Assembly: GCA_963720755.1 (NCBI GenBank)
Contig: CAVRGP010000002.1
Coordinates: 405,858 to 469,857, forward strand
Reading direction: 5' to 3'
DNA from: an uncultured Chloroflexia bacterium
Lineage (GTDB): Bacteria; Chloroflexota; Limnocylindria; Limnocylindrales; CSP1-4
DNA: 64,000 nt
A program made the translations under genes and the position numbers. The notes beneath the pieces are model-generated. The model was given only the letters and a program-made list of their open reading frames with translations, was not told the DNA's origin and searched no databases. Positions 19,241-30,445 of the stretch are shown here, piece by piece. Within the stretch, counting starts at the first letter, position 1. Each line of letters starts with the position of its first letter.

Positions 19241-20344
19241 ATGCCCGACCTCGTGCGGCAAGCCGTCCGATCCTTTGTCCGCGACCACCTGGCGCCCGGC
19301 ACGCCGCTCGTCATCGCCTGCTCCGGTGGAACCGACTCGCTGGCGTTGGCGCTGGCCGCGCGAGCGCTCCCGGAGACGTTTCCGCTGGTCGGAGCAACCG
19401 TCGATCACGGACTGCAGGAGGGGTCCGCCGCCAGGGCGCAGGCAACAGCAGTCCTCCTGACGGAGCTGGGATACCGGCGGGTGGATGTGTTGACGGTCGC
19501 CGTCACAGGACCGGGCGGGCCGGAGGCGGCTGCCCGCCGGGCGCGGTATCGGGCGTTGGGTGAGCTTGCCACCGCAGTGTCCGGGACCGGCCCGCCGGCT
19601 GCGGTACTGCTGGCGCACACCCTTGACGACCAGGCGGAGACCGTCCTGCTGGGCCTGGCCCGGGGTTCGGGCCCTCGGTCGATCGCCGGCATGCGGCCGT
19701 GGCGGGCGCCCTGGGGGCGGCCGCTGCTCGCCGTGGCCAGGTCGGTGACCGAGGTCACCTGTCGAGCGGCAGGTCTGGCGCCCTGGCAGGACCCGCACAA
19801 CGTCGATCCGGCGTTCACCCGGGTGCGGTTGCGGCGCGAGGTCCTCCCATTGCTCGATGACGTGCTCGGCGGCGGGGCGCGGCCGGCGCTGGCCCGCACC
19901 GCGCTGCTGATGGCGCAGGATCTGGACGCCCTCGACGACATCGCCGCCCGGGTGGCCGCCATCGCCCGGTTGCCCGACGGGACCCTGTCGATCAAGGCAT
20001 TGCTGCCCCACCCGCCCGCCATCCGTGGCCGGGTGTTGCGGAGCTGGGCGCTCGAAGGCGGCGCCGGTGCGCTGGACTTCGACCAGCTGAGCCGGATGGC
20101 CGCCGCAGTCGCAGACCCCGCCGGCCCGCCGCAGATCCGGGTTCCCGGCGGTTTCGACGTCATTCGGGCCGGCGAGGTGCTCCGCCTCGCTCGGCACCAA
20201 TCGCCGACGGCCCCGGCGGAACCCCCGGCGACCTCGGGCGCCGCCGGTCCACCCCGCGAGACGGCGGCACGGTCCGGATGGCAAGCTCATCACCGAGGTC
20301 CAACCGCTGATGTCCGAACCACCGGAGAGAGTCGTGACTGGTAG
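19241..20344 (+). CDS. tilS: tRNA(Ile)-lysidine synthetase
   Basis: [44 protein letters not shown]. Confidence 0.95.
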   Translation: MPDLVRQAVRSFVRDHLAPGTPLVIACSGGTDSLALALAARALPETFPLVGATVDHGLQEGSAARAQATAVLLTELGYRRVDVLTVAVTGPGGPEAAARRARYRALGELATAVSGTGPPAAVLLAHTLDDQAETVLLGLARGSGPRSIAGMRPWRAPWGRPLLAVARSVTEVTCRAAGLAPWQDPHNVDPAFTRVRLRREVLPLLDDVLGGGARPALARTALLMAQDLDALDDIAARVAAIARLPDGTLSIKALLPHPPAIRGRVLRSWALEGGAGALDFDQLSRMAAAVADPAGPPQIRVPGGFDVIRAGEVLRLARHQSPTAPAEPPATSGAAGPPRETAARSGWQAHHRGPTADVRTTGESRDW

Positions 20345-21017
20345 CGATGTGCCGGCGCCGGCCGAACCGGACCCGGTCGATGGGTCCGCGGTCGTGCCGC
20401 GGTCGTTGACAACCCATGTGAGCACCGCCGATGCCTTCCTCACGACCCAGGAGTGGGACCCGGGGGACGTCCACGGCTACCACGGCGAGCTCTCCGCGGT
20501 CCTGATCCCGGCCGAGGCGCTGCAGGCCAAGATCGCCGAGCTGGCCCGGGCGGTCGCGGCCGACCACACCGCACCCAGCCCGCCGTTGTTGATCTGCGTG
20601 CTCAAGGGCGCCGTCATGTTCGTCACGGATTTCGCCAGGGCACTGCCGATTCCGTCCGAGCTGGAATTCATGGCGGTCACCTCCTACGGGTCGGCGACCT
20701 CCTCGTCAGGCGTGGTGCGGATCCTCAAGGACCTCGATCGGGACATCACCGGTCGCCGGGTGATCATCGTCGAGGACATCATCGACTCCGGGCTGACGCT
20801 CTCCTGGCTGCTGAAGAACCTGGCCACCCGAGGTCCGGCCGCCATCGAGGTGGTAGCACTGCTGCGCAAACCGGAGGCGATCAAGGTCGAGGTCGATGTC
20901 CGCTATGTGGGGTTCGACATCCCCACCGACTTCGTCGTCGGGTACGGCCTGGACTACAACGAGCGTTACCGCGACCTGCCGTTCGTCGGGCTGCTCGGCG
21001 AACACATGTACCGCTGA
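20310..21017 (+). CDS. hpt: Hypoxanthine phosphoribosyltransferase
   Basis: [29 protein letters not shown]; start uncertain (20310 or 20418). Confidence 0.95.
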   Translation: MSEPPERVVTGSDVPAPAEPDPVDGSAVVPRSLTTHVSTADAFLTTQEWDPGDVHGYHGELSAVLIPAEALQAKIAELARAVAADHTAPSPPLLICVLKGAVMFVTDFARALPIPSELEFMAVTSYGSATSSSGVVRILKDLDRDITGRRVIIVEDIIDSGLTLSWLLKNLATRGPAAIEVVALLRKPEAIKVEVDVRYVGFDIPTDFVVGYGLDYNERYRDLPFVGLLGEHMYR

Positions 21018-21081
21018 GCCGCCGGCCGCGCACCGGCTGCCCCGCCGCGGGTGAGCTGACCGGCCATCCACCCGAACGTGG

Positions 21082-21107
21082 GGAACCCTTCGCGGGTCGG
21101 CGCCGTT
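21082..21107 (+). promoter_or_regulatory. SigH/SigE/SigR-type ECF promoter upstream of ftsH
   Basis: GGAAC-N17-CGTT. Confidence 0.65.
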
Positions 21108-21326
21108 GAGGTATCGGCTTGTCCCGCAGCGAACACCGGCAACGCTGTCGGGGCTGCGCGGTAGTCTGAACGCACTGGTCGCGCCATGCGCTGCCCGGAT
21201 TTGCGGCGCTTGTGGAATCGACTCGTGGATGCTCGTCGATGACGCGGGACCGTCCGTCCGGATTGCCTGGCCACCACACTCGAGAACGTCAGGGAGGGTC
21301 GAGGCCGCACGGCGGCCGGAAGCCAT

Positions 21327-23874
21327 ATGGATAAGAAGCGCCTTCTCCGCTCACCGCTGGTGTGGATAGCGGTCGTGCTCGTGCTGTACCTCGTCTACTC
21401 CTACTTCGCGGACGAGACCCGTGGCTACATGGCGCAGCCCACCTCGGTGGCCCTGGCGCAGCTGTCCGACGGAAACGTCACGCAGGCCACCATCGACGAC
21501 AAGGAACAGCGTCTGCGGCTGGACCTGACGAACCCGGTCGACGGCGCGACGCAGATCTACACCAATTACCCGGCCGGCACCACGCAGGAAATCTTCGGCG
21601 ATGTCCAGGCCGCCAACATCTCCGGTGGTTACAACACCACCGTCACCAGCGAATCCACCCTGTTCTCGCTGCTGATCTACCTGATCCCGGTCGGCCTGAT
21701 CATCCTGTTCCTGCTGTGGATGATGAACAACGCCCAGGGCGGCGGCAACAAGGTGCTGTCCTTCGGCAAGTCCAAGGCGAAGCTGCTGACCAAGGACATG
21801 CCGGTCACCAAGTTCTCCGACGTTGCCGGAGCGGACGAGGCGGTCCAGGAGCTCGACGAGATCCGGGACTTCCTGTCGAACCCGACCCGGTACCAGGCGC
21901 TCGGCGCGAAGATCCCCAAGGGCGTGCTGCTGTACGGCCCGCCCGGCACCGGCAAGACGCTACTGGCCCGCGCGGTTGCCGGCGAGGCCGGTGTGCCGTT
22001 CTACTCGATCTCCGGGTCGGACTTCGTCGAAATGTTCGTCGGTGTGGGCGCCTCCCGGGTGCGGGACCTGTTCGAGCAGGCCAAGGCGAACTCGCCGGCC
22101 ATCATCTTCGTCGACGAGATCGATGCCGTCGGTCGGCATCGCGGCGCCGGCATGGGCGGTGGCCACGACGAGCGCGAGCAGACGCTCAACCAGTTGCTCG
22201 TCGAGATGGACGGTTTCGAGGCCAAGGGTGGGATCATCCTGATCGCCGCGACCAACCGCCCCGACATCCTGGACCCGGCGCTGCTGCGGCCCGGCCGTTT
22301 CGACCGGCAGATTCCGGTCGGCCAGCCCGACCTCAAGGGCCGGCAGGCGATCCTGGCGGTGCATTCCAAGGGCAAGCCGTTCGCGCCGGACGTCGACTTC
22401 CTGCCGCTGGCCAAGCGGACCGTCGGGATGTCGGGTGCCGACCTGGCGAACGTGATCAACGAGGCGGCACTGCTGACCGCGCGGGAATACGGCACCGTCA
22501 TCACCAATGCCGCGCTGGAGGAGTCCGTTGACCGGGTCGTCGGTGGGCCCGCCCGTCGGGGCAAGGTGATCTCCGAGAAGGAGAAGAAGATCACCGCCTA
22601 CCACGAGGGTGGTCACGCACTGGCGGCCTGGGCGATGCCGGGCCTCGAGCCGGTGTACAAGGTGACGATCCTGCCCCGCGGGCGTACGGGTGGCCATGCC
22701 CTGGTGGTTCCCGAGGACGACAAGTCCTTGATGACCCGTTCGGAGATGATCGCCCGGCTGGTGATGGCCATGGGTGGCCGGGCGGCGGAGGAGCTGGTGT
22801 TCGCCGAACCGACCACCGGTGCGTCCTCCGACATCGCGCAGGCCACGAAGATCGCCCGCGCGATGGTGACCGAGTACGGTATGTCGGCCAAGCTGGGCGC
22901 CGTCAAGTACGGGCACGGGGACGACGAACCGTTCCTCGGCCGCACCTATGGCAGCGGTCCGGAGTACTCCATCGAGGTCGGCAGCGAGATCGACGGCGAG
23001 GTGCGCGCCCTCATCGAGGCTGCGCACACCGAGGCCTGGGCGGTGCTGAACACCTACCGGGACATTCTCGACTCGCTGGCGTCAGCGCTGTTGGAGAAGG
23101 AGACGCTGGAGCGGCGCGACCTCGAGGTGATCTTCGCCGAGGTGGAGAAGCGGCCCCGGATCACCACTTTCGACCAGTTCGGCTCGCGGTTGCCGTCGGA
23201 TCGTCCGCCGATCAAGACTCCGGGCGAGCTCGCCATCGAACGCGGCGAGCCGTGGCCACCGCCGGAGCCAGAACCCCTTCCACGTACATCGGAGCCGGTG
23301 CCCGTGGGTGCCGGTCTCGGGATACCCCGGGCAGAGCGGCTACAACACCGGTCCGGGATTCCCGCAGAACGGTGCGAATGGGCAAACCCAGTCGCCGTCA
23401 TCGGCTCAGGGACCCGCCGCGCTGCCACCGAATTGGACCGGCGGGGTGCTGCCGGGGCCGCTCGCGCCGATGCCGGGCTGGCAGCAGCCGGCGCCGGATC
23501 AGAGCAACGGCCACCGGGGCAGCAACGGCTCGGGCACCAACGGACACGGTCAGCAGGGTCATGGCCAGCATGGCAAAGACAGCGGCACGGGCAACAACGG
23601 CAACGGCCACCCGAGCTCGGGACCTCCCGGTCCCTACTCCACCGGGCCGAACCCTGCCGGTCCCTCCTCGACCGGTCCTTACTCCACCGGTCCGTACGCG
23701 ACTGGCCCGTCCGTCAACGGGCCCGGGCAGGGACGACCGGATCTGACGAAGGGTGGCGACACCCGCGCGCAGAGCACATACCCGCCGGCAGGTCCGCGCG
23801 ACGGGCAGTACCCGTCGGCCGATCAGGGCGACACGCCGACCGACCCATGGGCCCCGCCGCGGGACCGCCGGTGA
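21327..23874 (+). CDS. ftsH: ATP-dependent zinc metalloprotease FtsH (frameshift near 23315 in the tail)
   Basis: Two [28 protein letters not shown]; the low-complexity tail continues in frame 23308..23874, whose stop overlaps the folE start (GTGA). Confidence 0.95.
23626..23724 (+). repeat. 15-bp coding tandem repeat (xGPxS-type pentapeptides) in the FtsH tail
   Basis: cccggtccctactcc accgggccgaaccct gccggtccctcctcg accggtccttactcc accggtccgtacgcg actggcccgtccgtc. Confidence 0.75.
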
Positions 23875-24491
23875 CAGGCCCGCTGACGGCGGGTTCAACC
23901 AATGGTGCGGTCTCCCCGCACGCCGTCTTCGACGGCCCGCGGGCCGAGGCGGCAGTCCGGGAACTGCTGATCGCGGTAGGGGAGGATCCCGACCGGGACG
24001 GCTTGCGTGGCACCCCCGACCGGGTGGCTCGCGCTTTCGCGGAACAGTTTGCCGGGCTGCACATCGACCCGTCGACGGTGCTGAATACCTCCTTCGACGA
24101 ACAGCACAACGAGATGATCCTGATGCGGGACATCGACATGTATTCCACCTGCGAGCATCACCTGGTGCCATTCTTCGGCAAGGCGCACGTCGGCTACATC
24201 CCCGGCAAGGACGGCCGGGTCACCGGCCTGTCCAAGCTGGCCCGGCTGGTCGACGGCTACGCCAAGCGGCCGCAGGTGCAGGAACGGCTGACCACCCAGA
24301 TCGCCGATGCACTGGTTCTTCGTCTACAACCGGCCGGGGCCATCGTGGTGATCGAGGCCGAGCACCTGTGCATGGCCATGCGCGGCATTCGCAAGCCGGG
24401 TGCGGTCACCACCACCTCCGCTGTGCGGGGCATCTTCCAATCGCAGGACCGGACCCGTGCCGAGGCGATGAGCCTGATCACGGGTCGGTGA
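23871..24491 (+). CDS. folE: GTP cyclohydrolase I
   Basis: [58 protein letters not shown]. Confidence 0.96.
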   Translation: MTGPLTAGSTNGAVSPHAVFDGPRAEAAVRELLIAVGEDPDRDGLRGTPDRVARAFAEQFAGLHIDPSTVLNTSFDEQHNEMILMRDIDMYSTCEHHLVPFFGKAHVGYIPGKDGRVTGLSKLARLVDGYAKRPQVQERLTTQIADALVLRLQPAGAIVVIEAEHLCMAMRGIRKPGAVTTTSAVRGIFQSQDRTRAEAMSLITGR

Positions 24492-24494
24492 CCG

Positions 24495-25466
24495 ATGGGT
24501 GAGCCAGCACCGGCAGGCACCGCGATTCCCGCCGCTGACGATTCTCCGGCCGATCCCGCCGCCAGCGGTCTCCCAGTCACGGGCCTGCCGCCGCACGACC
24601 GCACCGTTGTGATGGGCGTGCTGAACGTCACCGCGGATTCCTTTTCCGACGGCGGGCGCTACCTCGATCCGTCCGCCGCCATCGCCAGAGGGCTGGAACT
24701 CGCCGCCATGGGCGCCGACATCATCGACGTGGGTGGGGAGTCGACCAGGCCGGGCGCCCATCGGGTGCCCGCGGACACCGAGGCCGACCGGGTCGTGCCC
24801 GTCATCGCCGAACTGAGCGCTGCCGGGCTGGTGTGCAGTGTCGACACCACCAGGGCGGCGGTGGCCGACCAGGCCGTGCTCGCCGGTGCCCGGATCGTGA
24901 ACGACGTCTCCGGCGGGCTTGCCGATCCCGAGATGGCAGCCGTGGTGGCCGGTGCCGGGGTTCCCTGGGTTCTCATGCACTGGCGGGGGCACAGCGCCGA
25001 CATGGACACGCTGGCCACCTACGGCGATGTGGTCGCCGACGTCCGTGCCGAGTTGCTGGACCGGGTTGAGGCCGCCGTCGCCGCCGGGGTCGCCGAGTCG
25101 GCCATCGTGCTCGATCCGGGGCTCGGATTCGCCAAGACCGCGGACCACAACTGGGCCCTGCTCCGGGCGCTGCCGGAGATCACCGGGGCCACCGGGGCCG
25201 GGTGGGGGTTCCCGGTACTGATCGGTGCGTCCCGCAAGCGGTTCCTGGGAGCACTGTTGGCCGACGCGTCCGGGCTTCGGCCACCCGACGGCCGGGAGGC
25301 GGCCACCACCGCCATCTCCGCCCTGGTGGCCGCCGCGGGCGCCTGGGGCGTTCGCGTGCACGAGGCGTCCGCGTCGCTCGATGCCGTCCGGGTGGTCGCG
25401 GCGGCCACCGGCCGGCCACCCGTCCGGTCGCTGGGCCTGACCTCATCGGGTGTGCGCCATGGCTGA
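24495..25466 (+). CDS. folP: Dihydropteroate synthase
   Basis: MGVLNVTADSFSDGG, DVGGESTRPG, NDVSGG, LDPGLGFAK, GASRKRFLG, VRVH. Confidence 0.96.
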   Translation: MGEPAPAGTAIPAADDSPADPAASGLPVTGLPPHDRTVVMGVLNVTADSFSDGGRYLDPSAAIARGLELAAMGADIIDVGGESTRPGAHRVPADTEADRVVPVIAELSAAGLVCSVDTTRAAVADQAVLAGARIVNDVSGGLADPEMAAVVAGAGVPWVLMHWRGHSADMDTLATYGDVVADVRAELLDRVEAAVAAGVAESAIVLDPGLGFAKTADHNWALLRALPEITGATGAGWGFPVLIGASRKRFLGALLADASGLRPPDGREAATTAISALVAAAGAWGVRVHEASASLDAVRVVAAATGRPPVRSLGLTSSGVRHG

Positions 25467-25860
25467 CCGGATCACCCTGACCGGCCTGGCGGTGTTCGGC
25501 CACCACGGTGTGTTCGACCACGAGAAGCGGGATGGGCAGACGTTTCTGGTCGACATCACACTGTGGCTGGACCTGACCGAAGCGGCGACGACGGACGACC
25601 TGCGCACGACGGTTCACTACGGCGACCTGGCCGAACTGGCGGCCGGAGTCATCGCGGGCCCGCCCCGGGATCTGATCGAGGCGGTGGCCGGTGAGATCGC
25701 CGATGCCGTGATGCGTACCTACCCGGTGTACGCGGCCGAGGTCACCATCCACAAACCGTCCGCGCCGATTCCGCTCACCTTCGCCGATGTCAGCGTCACC
25801 ATCCGGCGGTCGATCCGCACCGCCGACCGGTCCGGTGCACAGCCGGGCGGCCGGCCGTGA
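25459..25860 (+). CDS. folB: Dihydroneopterin aldolase
   Basis: MADRITLTGL, GHHGVFDHEK, TVHYG, LIEAVA, HKPSAPI. Confidence 0.96.
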   Translation: MADRITLTGLAVFGHHGVFDHEKRDGQTFLVDITLWLDLTEAATTDDLRTTVHYGDLAELAAGVIAGPPRDLIEAVAGEIADAVMRTYPVYAAEVTIHKPSAPIPLTFADVSVTIRRSIRTADRSGAQPGGRP

Positions 25861-26348
25861 GCAGCGTCGTGTTGTCGCTGGGCTCGAACATCGGGGACCG
25901 GACCGGGCACCTGCAACAGGCGGTCCGACAGCTGGGCCCGCCGGTCCGGGCGGTCTCGTCGATCTATCGCACCCCGCCCTGGGGTGGGGTCGAGCAGGAC
26001 GACTTCTACAACATCGTCGTGCTGGCCGAGGCTGCGGGTGTGGACGCCCGCGGGTGGCTCGGCCGGTGCCACGAGCTGGAGCGGGCCGCCGACCGACAAC
26101 GGCTGCAGCATTGGGGGCCAAGGACTCTCGATGCGGATGTCATCACTGTGCGGGTTCGCGGACAGGTGATCATCAGCGACGACCCCGACCTCACGCTGCC
26201 ACACCCCCGGGCAGCGGAGCGGGCGTTCGTGCTGGTGCCCTGGGCCGAGGTGGACCCGGCCGCGGAACTCCCCGGTGCCGGCCCGATCGCCGATCTGCTC
26301 GCTGGAATGGACACCACCGCCATCACCCGGGTCGGTCATGTGCACTGA
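25857..26348 (+). CDS. folK: 6-hydroxymethyl-7,8-dihydropterin pyrophosphokinase
   Basis: LSLGSNIGD, WGPRTLDADVI, LTLPHPRA.ERAFVLVPW. Confidence 0.96.
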   Translation: MSSVVLSLGSNIGDRTGHLQQAVRQLGPPVRAVSSIYRTPPWGGVEQDDFYNIVVLAEAAGVDARGWLGRCHELERAADRQRLQHWGPRTLDADVITVRVRGQVIISDDPDLTLPHPRAAERAFVLVPWAEVDPAAELPGAGPIADLLAGMDTTAITRVGHVH

Positions 26349-26407
26349 CCCGGCGGTCCGTTCTCCCGGGTCACCGAATGAGGTCAGTCGTGTCCGATGA
26401 CGCCCGG

Positions 26408-26872
26408 ATGGGATTCACCCGTCCCCGCGACCTGCTGGTCGTTGGGGTGGTGGCCGCGGTGCTGGCCTACCTGGTCGTGCGCCTGAGCTACCAGCGGATG
26501 CCGCCGCTGCCCAGGCTTGCCGGGCTGGCCGCCGCCGCGGTCGGTATCGGCGAGGCGGTCTTCGGGTACGGGCTCCGCAACCGGATCCGACCGAAGGAGC
26601 GGGCGAACGCTGCCGGCCCCACCCGCAGGCCGGTACCGCCGTTGACCGCCGCTCGCGCCGTGATGGCCGCGAAGGCGACGTCGTTGGCCGGCGTGGCCGT
26701 CGCCGGCCTGTGGGTCGGCCTGCTGGTCTACGTGGTCCCGTCCTGGACCGACCTGGCGGCGGCGCGTGCGGACGGCATCGCCGGCATCATCGGCCTGGTC
26801 GGGGCAATCGTCATGACCGGTGGCGCGCTGTACCTGGAGGATTGCTGCCGGGCCCCGGGTGTGGATCGCTGA
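26408..26872 (+). CDS. DUF3180 family membrane protein
   Basis: MGFTRPRDL, four [25 protein letters not shown]; usual position after folK. Confidence 0.88.
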   Translation: MGFTRPRDLLVVGVVAAVLAYLVVRLSYQRMPPLPRLAGLAAAAVGIGEAVFGYGLRNRIRPKERANAAGPTRRPVPPLTAARAVMAAKATSLAGVAVAGLWVGLLVYVVPSWTDLAAARADGIAGIIGLVGAIVMTGGALYLEDCCRAPGVDR

Positions 26873-27818
26873 TCGACTCGGCGGCTGCCTGCTCGATCCC
26901 GGTGACCAGGCTCAGCAGCCTGCTGCGCAACGCCGCCGCGGATGCGGCGATCCCACGCTGCGCCGTCACGTACTCGGCCTTACCTTCCGCCGTCTCGATC
27001 CGAACCGGTGAATACCCCAGGTCGGTGAGGTCGTACGGGGAGGCCCGCATGTCCAGTTCGCGAACCCGCCCGGCGAACAGGAAGGTGTCCAGCAGGAGGG
27101 CGCTGGGTACCGCCGGGATCAGTTTGTACGCCCATTTGTAGACGTCCATCGCCGCGTGCAGGCAACCGGGCTGCTCCGTCCCGAGCTGCGAGTCACGGTC
27201 CAGCTGTTGAGCATTGAGCGGCCGAGCCGGCGGCGTGAAGAACCGGAAGGCGTCGAAGTGCGTGCACTTCACCGGATGATCGCGCACCACCTGGTCGGTG
27301 TCGTCCTGACCCAGCCGGAGCGGCCACTGCTGGTGGCGCCGCTGCGGCCCCTGCCGGTAGACCATCGCCCATTCGTGCAGGCCGAAACAGCCGAACTGTC
27401 CGGGGCGGGCCGCCGTCGCGGCGAGCAGTCGCCGGGTGAATGCGAGCTGCGAACGTCGGGCCGCGGCGAAGCCGGGCAGGTCGAGCACGACGGTGTCGGG
27501 TGCCTGCAGCACCCGGTGGAACTTCCACTCCGCACGTTCCGGCGCGTCCGCCAGTGCGACACCCGGGCCCGGATGCCATCGACGCAGCTGCGCCGGTCGC
27601 AGTGAGTAGTAACTGAACAGGAAGTCCTCCACCGGGTGGGCAACGCCGGCCCGGGCCCGGGTGCGATGGCCGCCGGTCAGCTCGTCGACCCGCGCGGCGT
27701 GCTCTGCCTGGGTCGGCCACCAGATCTCCCGCGGCAGGACCGTGGGTGCGGCGTCGCGATCCGCGCCCGACCAGACGCCGGGTGGGGGCGGCGACTCCGG
27801 CTGTGTCGTCGTGCTCAC
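26811..27818 (-). CDS. Conserved actinobacterial protein (often labelled '3-methyladenine DNA glycosylase')
   Basis: [63 protein letters not shown]. Confidence 0.8.
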   Translation of the reverse strand: MSTTTQPESPPPPGVWSGADRDAAPTVLPREIWWPTQAEHAARVDELTGGHRTRARAGVAHPVEDFLFSYYSLRPAQLRRWHPGPGVALADAPERAEWKFHRVLQAPDTVVLDLPGFAAARRSQLAFTRRLLAATAARPGQFGCFGLHEWAMVYRQGPQRRHQQWPLRLGQDDTDQVVRDHPVKCTHFDAFRFFTPPARPLNAQQLDRDSQLGTEQPGCLHAAMDVYKWAYKLIPAVPSALLLDTFLFAGRVRELDMRASPYDLTDLGYSPVRIETAEGKAEYVTAQRGIAASAAALRSRLLSLVTGIEQAAAESISDPHPGPGSNPPGTARHRS

Positions 27819-27905
27819 GACGCCATTCTGACCCGCGGCTGGGCATCACGCGGCCAATTCGTCGGTGATCAACACCGCCCGGCCGGCCAAGTAGGCTTCA
27901 GTGCC

Positions 27906-29429
27906 GTGACATCACCGACGGATCCAGTCCCGAGCGAGCGCGACGACCTTCCCGAGCAGCAGCGAATTCGTCGCGAGAAGCGCCAACGGCTTCTCGACGG
28001 CGGAATCGAGCCCTATCCGGTCGGAGTGGAGCGAACGACATCGCTGGCTGCCCTGCGAGCGCAATTTCCGGACCTGCCGCCGGATAGTGATACCGGCGTT
28101 ACCGTCGGTATCACCGGCCGGGTGTTGTTTCAGCGAAACTCGGGAAAACTCTGTTTCGCCACCCTCCGCGAAGGTGGCGCCGGAGACACCGGCACCGAAT
28201 TGCAGGTCATGGTCTCGCTGGCGAGTGTGGGCGCGGAATCACTGGCGGCATTCAAGGCGGACGTGGACCTCGGAGACCACCTGTTCGTCCATGGGACGGT
28301 CATCACCTCGCGCCGCGGCGAGCTGTCCGTGCTGGCCGATTCCTGGTCGATCACCGCAAAGGCGCTGCGACCATTGCCGGTGGCGCACAAACCGCTGAAC
28401 GAGGAGAGCCGGGTCCGGCAGCGTTATGTGGATTTGATTGTGCGCCCGCAGGCGCGCCGCAACGTCGAAGTGCGAGGCGTGGTCAATCGGTCGCTGCGAG
28501 CGACATTGCACGACCGGGGTTTTCTGGAGGTCGAAACCCCCATGCTGCAGGTGCTGCACGGCGGCGCAGCAGCGCGGCCGTTCGTGACCCATATGAATGC
28601 CATGGACATGGACCTGTACCTGCGGATCGCGCCGGAACTGTATCTGAAGCGGCTGGTTGTCGGCGGAATCGACCGGGTCTTCGAGATCAACCGGAACTTC
28701 CGTAACGAGGGTGTCGATTCCTCCCATTCGCCGGAGTTCGCCATGTTGGAGGCCTATCAGGCCTACAGCGACTACAACGGGGTGGCCGAGCTGACCCGGA
28801 GTCTGATCCAGCAGTCGGCCACCGCGGTTTTCGGTTCCACGACGGCAGTGCATGCGGACGGGACCGAGTTCGATCTCGGCGGTGACTGGCGGTCGATCTC
28901 GTTGTACGGGGCGCTGTCCGAGGCGGCCGGCGAGGAGATCACGGTCACCACGCCAATGGCCGACCTGGTGGCGCTCGCGAAGCGGCTCGATGTTCCGGTG
29001 GCACCGCACTACGGGCCGGGCAAGTTGGCCGAGGAATTGTTCGAAGAGTTGGTGGTCGGCACTTTGGTGGCGCCGACCTTCGTCCGGGACTTTCCGGTGG
29101 AGACCTCGCCGTTGACGCGTGATCACCGCGAGGTGCCCGGTTTGACGGAGAAATGGGACCTCTACATCCGGGGGATTGAAACGGCGACCGGATACTCCGA
29201 GCTCGTCGATCCCGTTGTGCAGCGGGCACGATTCATCGATCAGGCACGTTTCGCCGGACTTGGCGACGACGAGGCGATGGTGTTGGACGAGGAGTTCCTG
29301 CGGGCAATGGAGTACGGAATGCCGCCGTCCGGAGGTTTCGGCATGGGTATCGACCGGCTGATCATGGCGCTGACCGGTCTGGGGATCCGCGAGACCATTC
29401 TGTTTCCGTTCGTCCGGCCCGGAGATTGA
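27906..29429 (+). CDS. lysS: Lysine--tRNA ligase (class II)
   Basis: [60 protein letters not shown]. Confidence 0.97.
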   Translation: MTSPTDPVPSERDDLPEQQRIRREKRQRLLDGGIEPYPVGVERTTSLAALRAQFPDLPPDSDTGVTVGITGRVLFQRNSGKLCFATLREGGAGDTGTELQVMVSLASVGAESLAAFKADVDLGDHLFVHGTVITSRRGELSVLADSWSITAKALRPLPVAHKPLNEESRVRQRYVDLIVRPQARRNVEVRGVVNRSLRATLHDRGFLEVETPMLQVLHGGAAARPFVTHMNAMDMDLYLRIAPELYLKRLVVGGIDRVFEINRNFRNEGVDSSHSPEFAMLEAYQAYSDYNGVAELTRSLIQQSATAVFGSTTAVHADGTEFDLGGDWRSISLYGALSEAAGEEITVTTPMADLVALAKRLDVPVAPHYGPGKLAEELFEELVVGTLVAPTFVRDFPVETSPLTRDHREVPGLTEKWDLYIRGIETATGYSELVDPVVQRARFIDQARFAGLGDDEAMVLDEEFLRAMEYGMPPSGGFGMGIDRLIMALTGLGIRETILFPFVRPGD

Positions 29430-29684
29430 CCGGGCGGATAGCAAGTGGCCCACGGTCACCGAAATCAACAGCCCGAAGACTCGAAAGATTCTCGGGGCGA
29501 GTTTCGGTCAGTCGGTAGGACGGTTCGGTGTTCGATCGGTCACGGGTGATTGGTCGCCGGACCGTTCGCACATGATCTTCGAGACTCGTCCGGTGGGAAT
29601 GACGGGATATGGTGGAAACGTCACTTCATCAGCCCTACTCTGGGTCTTTCAGCGATAACGAAGGCTTTCTAGGAGGAACCCCGC

Positions 29685-30053
29685 ATGGCAACCATGACTC
29701 TCGTCACACTGGTGGACGATCTCGACGGATCCGAGGCTGCGGAATCAGTGTCTTTCGCTCTCGACGGTGCGTCCTACGAGATCGATCTGAGCGACAGCAA
29801 CGCCGAGAAATTGCGTGACGCGCTCGCCGGTTATGTCGCCAGTGCCCGTCGGGTCGACGGTTCGCGCCGTGGGCCGGGGCGCCCGAAGGCGACCGCACCC
29901 AAGGCGGCGAAGACCCCGCGGGGCGCCCGCACGGCACCGGACCGCGAGCAGACTGCCGCGATCCGCGAGTGGGCCCGGAGCAACGGCTTCGAGGTCTCCG
30001 AACGTGGCCGGCTCTCGGCAACCGTGCTGGCCGCCTTTGAAGCTGCGCACTGA
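29685..30053 (+). CDS. lsr2: Nucleoid-associated protein Lsr2
   Basis: LVDDLDGSEA, FALDG.SYEIDLS, IREWARSNG.EVSERGR; AGGAGG RBS. Confidence 0.96.
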   Translation: MATMTLVTLVDDLDGSEAAESVSFALDGASYEIDLSDSNAEKLRDALAGYVASARRVDGSRRGPGRPKATAPKAAKTPRGARTAPDREQTAAIREWARSNGFEVSERGRLSATVLAAFEAAH

Positions 30054-30206
30054 CGCTGGCGCTCCACCGTCGGCACCACCATCGCTGACCTGACGTCATT
30101 GTTGCGTGGACTCCTGGACCCCAGGGGTGATGGACGACCTGCTCGTTCGACCCCGGTCCGCCCTGCGGTCCGGGGTCGATGGCGTTTCAGGGGTGTGGTG
30201 CACGCT

Positions 30207-30220
30207 GTTCGCCCACGGCG
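30207..30220 (+). promoter_or_regulatory. ClgR-like binding site upstream of clpC1
   Basis: GTTCGC-CCACG-GCG matches the GTTCGC-N5-GCG motif described for actinobacterial ClgR. Confidence 0.6.
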
Positions 30221-30236
30221 TAGCCCCCGATATGGC

Positions 30237-30262
30237 GGAACGAGAGTTGCTGGGGCAGCGTT
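30237..30262 (+). promoter_or_regulatory. SigH/SigE/SigR-type ECF promoter upstream of clpC1
   Basis: GGAAC-N17-CGTT. Confidence 0.65.
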
Positions 30263-30445
30263 GGAAAGCAGTGACGGCACGGTGCGCAGTGTCGTCATCG
30301 GTCCGTGACGCGCACCGGTAAGACTGCTCCTCCGACTACAGTTGGTGAACCACTGTCGGACGGATGTCGCAGTCTCCGGTCTGTCGGCAGCGGGACGAGT
30401 GGTAGCAGTCGACCGCATAGCCGCGCACGTCAGTAAGGAGTGCAC

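Noticed and set aside
21327-24491. 1054-aa FtsH-FolE fusion
   Set aside because: The linker is off-frame gibberish; the alternative frame 23308-23874 gives a typical FtsH tail whose stop overlaps the folE GTG. One indel near 23315 explains it.
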